Shown here piece after piece: positions 44,377 to 46,385 of a stretch of DNA of 46,385 nt; the first letter of the stretch is position 1; each line of letters opens with the position of its first letter. Below the pieces are notes generated by a model. That model saw only the letters and a list, made by a program, of their open reading frames with translations, made no database searches and was not told where the DNA came from. The position numbers and the translations under genes are program-made. The DNA comes from Alphaproteobacteria bacterium (lineage in GTDB: Bacteria > Pseudomonadota > Alphaproteobacteria > SMXQ01): NCBI GenBank assembly GCA_047621105.1, contig JBLHLO010000001.1, forward strand, positions 1-46,385, given 5' to 3'.

Positions 44377-45384
44377 ATGCCGACACGTGTCGCCATCAAC
44401 GGATTTGGTCGTATTGGCCGGCTTGTGCTGCGGGCCATCGTCGAACAGAAACGCAAGGATATTGAGGTCGTGGCAATTAACGATCTTGGTTCGGTTGCTA
44501 CGAATGCACATCTCTTACAATATGATACAGCTCATGGGCGGTTCCCGGGCAAGGTCAAGGCGACGAAGTCCGGCATGAATTTTGGCCGGGGTAATGTCCC
44601 GGTGTTTGCCGAACGTGATCCGGCCCAACTGCCGTGGAAGCAATTCAAGGTTGATGTGGCCCTTGAATGCACCGGCATTTTTGTGGACCGGGCGTCTGCC
44701 TCCAAGCATCTTGATGCTGGTGCCAAGCGCGTTTTGATTTCTGCCCCCGCTACCGGCGAGGACATCACCGTGGTGCGCGGTGTCAACCATGCCAAGCTCA
44801 AAAAATCGCACAGGATTATTTCCAATGCATCGTGTACCACCAATTGCTTGGCGCCGGTTGCCTATGTGTTGAACAAAGCGGTTGGTATCGATCGCGGTTT
44901 CATGACTACGGTGCATTCCTACACCGGCGATCAGTCCTTGCAAGATACGCTGCACAAGGATTTACGTCGCTCACGGGCGGCAGCCCAGAATATCATCCCG
45001 ACCTCAACCGGTGCGGCCAAGGCGGTCGGCTTGGTGTTGCCGGAATTGCAGGGACGCCTTGACGGGACCGCTGTGCGCGTGCCGACCATCAATGTGTCGA
45101 TGGTAGACCTGACGTTCATATCCAAGAAAAAAACGTCGGTCGAGGCGATCAACGCCGCGATCCAGAAAGCTGCCAATGGGCCGCTGAAGGGTGTGCTGGA
45201 ATACATCGATCAGCCGCTGGTGTCGGGGGATTTCAATCACAACCCGGCAAGCTCGATCTTTGATTCGCTGGAGACCCAGGTGATTGGCGGCACACTGGTG
45301 CGTATCCTGTCGTGGTACGACAACGAATGGGGCTTTTCCAATCGCATGGTCGATATGGCCGCGTTGATCGGCAAGCTGCGCTGA
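44377..45384 (+). CDS. gap: Glyceraldehyde-3-phosphate dehydrogenase (type I)
   Basis: Contains VAINGFGRIGRLVLR and the catalytic SNASCTTNCLAP, plus WYDNEWGFS. The ATG at 44377 is preceded by GGGAGAG. Confidence 0.95.
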   Translation: MPTRVAINGFGRIGRLVLRAIVEQKRKDIEVVAINDLGSVATNAHLLQYDTAHGRFPGKVKATKSGMNFGRGNVPVFAERDPAQLPWKQFKVDVALECTGIFVDRASASKHLDAGAKRVLISAPATGEDITVVRGVNHAKLKKSHRIISNASCTTNCLAPVAYVLNKAVGIDRGFMTTVHSYTGDQSLQDTLHKDLRRSRAAAQNIIPTSTGAAKAVGLVLPELQGRLDGTAVRVPTINVSMVDLTFISKKKTSVEAINAAIQKAANGPLKGVLEYIDQPLVSGDFNHNPASSIFDSLETQVIGGTLVRILSWYDNEWGFSNRMVDMAALIGKLR

Positions 45385-45397
45385 GCCGGCGACCTTC

Positions 45398-46385
45398 ATG
45401 ACGGACGGCGCTATCGTTTTCAACGGGCTTGATGGGCTCGATGTTGCCGGTAAGGGTGTTTTGCTGCGCGTCGATCTTAACGTGCCTATGCGCGATGGGC
45501 AGGTTACCGATATGACGCGGATCGAACGTGCCGCGCCGACCATGCGTGAATTGTCTGAAAAGGGCGCGCGGGTCGTTGTGCTCTCGCATTTTGACCGCCC
45601 CGGCGGCAAAGTCGTGCCATCTATGTCGCTGGCACCGCTGGCGGAAGCTCTCTCACAGGTGTTGGGCCGACCGGTTGCCTTTGGCGCCGATTGTATCGGT
45701 GCCGCCGCATCCACGGTGGTCGGTGGCCTTGCCGACGGGGGCGTGGCGCTTTTAGAAAATCTGCGTTTTTATCCTGGTGAGGAAGCAAACGACCCTGCTT
45801 TTGCGGCTGAGCTTGCTAAACTCGGTGCGCTTTATGTCAATGATGCGTTTTCTGCCGCGCACCGTGCACATGCATCCATCGAAGCCATCACGCATTTGTT
45901 GCCGTCCTATGCCGGGCGGTTGATGCAAGTGGAGTTGGAGGCGCTCCGTTCTGCGCTCGAAAGCCCTGCGCGTCCGCTCGCAGCACTGGTGGGGGGCGCC
46001 AAGGTTTCGACCAAGCTCGAACTTCTGGGCAATCTGACGGGCCGGGTGGACAAGCTGATTATCGGCGGTGGTATGGCCAATACATTTCTTCATGCAAAGG
46101 GTGTGAATGTTGGTAGGTCGCTGTGTGAACACGACATGGCCGATATGGCGCTGGCGATCCTTGCCAAGGCAAAGGAAAATAACTGCGACATTCTGTTGCC
46201 GATAGATGCCGTGGTGGCTCCGGGACTCAAGGCGGGCGCCGAAGCCACAACGGTGATCATCGATGAGGTGCCGGATGATGAGATGATTCTCGACGTTGGT
46301 TCGGAAACTGTCCATGACTTGATTTTAGCGCTGCAAGAATGTCGTACCTTGGTATGGAACGGGCCTTTGGGCGCGTTCGAATTTC
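45398..46385 (+). CDS. pgk: Phosphoglycerate kinase (5' part; open to the window end)
   Basis: My own translation from ATG 45398 reads MTDGAIVFNGLDGLDVAGKGVLLRVDLNVPMRDGQVTDMTRIERAAPT...LSHFDRPGGK...YVNDAFSAAHRAHAS...GGAKVSTKLELL...GGGMANTF. It is not in the ORF track because no stop codon lies in the window. Confidence 0.93.
   Translation, partial: MTDGAIVFNGLDGLDVAGKGVLLRVDLNVPMRDGQVTDMTRIERAAPTMRELSEKGARVVVLSHFDRPGGKVVPSMSLAPLAEALSQVLGRPVAFGADCIGAAASTVVGGLADGGVALLENLRFYPGEEANDPAFAAELAKLGALYVNDAFSAAHRAHASIEAITHLLPSYAGRLMQVELEALRSALESPARPLAALVGGAKVSTKLELLGNLTGRVDKLIIGGGMANTFLHAKGVNVGRSLCEHDMADMALAILAKAKENNCDILLPIDAVVAPGLKAGAEATTVIIDEVPDDEMILDVGSETVHDLILALQECRTLVWNGPLGAFEF

Noticed and set aside
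1-46385. A search by eye for CRISPR arrays, IS elements or transposases, integrases, phage genes, toxin-antitoxin or known defence-system genes, and rRNA/tRNA genes.
   Set aside because: I saw no direct-repeat/spacer arrays, no transposase- or integrase-like ORFs, no terminal inverted repeats flanking the lower-GC island, and no structured RNA genes. I cannot exclude absence rigorously without computational scans.

Overview
This is a GC-rich, densely coding chromosomal segment whose gene content looks alphaproteobacterial: TTT/Bug transporters, IorAB-type molybdoenzymes and a tkt-gap-pgk block. I could support about 44 protein-coding units. I found no rRNA, tRNA, CRISPR array, IS element or integrase.

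Modules from left to right:
1. Oxalate catabolism (1-4154): a partial ATP-grasp CoA-ligase gene, frc, oxc and a FadR-type GntR regulator.
2. Asparaginase, OsmC and a leaderless ModA-like binding protein (4381-6734).
3. A tctCBA tripartite tricarboxylate transporter (6772-10010).
4. A PanE-family reductase, an FAH-family hydrolase and threonine synthase (10340-13302).
5. Two IorAB-type molybdenum hydroxylase gene pairs flanking a split xdhC and a mocA-like gene (13692-21271).
6. A decayed carboxymuconolactone-decarboxylase-family gene, msrB, a GlcG-like gene and a TauE-family gene (21386-23774).
7. An accessory-looking catabolic island (23864-32713). It holds four tandem arylmalonate-decarboxylase/maleate-isomerase-like paralogues interrupted by an alpha/beta hydrolase. 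These are followed by an ornithine-cyclodeaminase-family gene, an MFS transporter, a Bug-type binding-protein gene broken by an in-frame TAG, and a HutC-type GntR regulator.
8. A thioredoxin-like [2Fe-2S] ferredoxin followed by a ferredoxin::PDR/VanB-reductase fusion (32800-34499).
9. An ABC ATPase / ABC-2 permease / GldG-like / DUF4340-like operon (34604-39479).
10. A family III CoA-transferase and an AbrB-type membrane protein (39645-42036).
11. tkt-gap-pgk (42274 to the end of the window).

The most interesting candidate for an undescribed system is the four-paralogue racemase-superfamily array. The catalytic-position cysteine appears retained in only two of the four copies. All homology calls rest on reading the supplied translations by eye and recalling family motifs; nothing was searched or computed.
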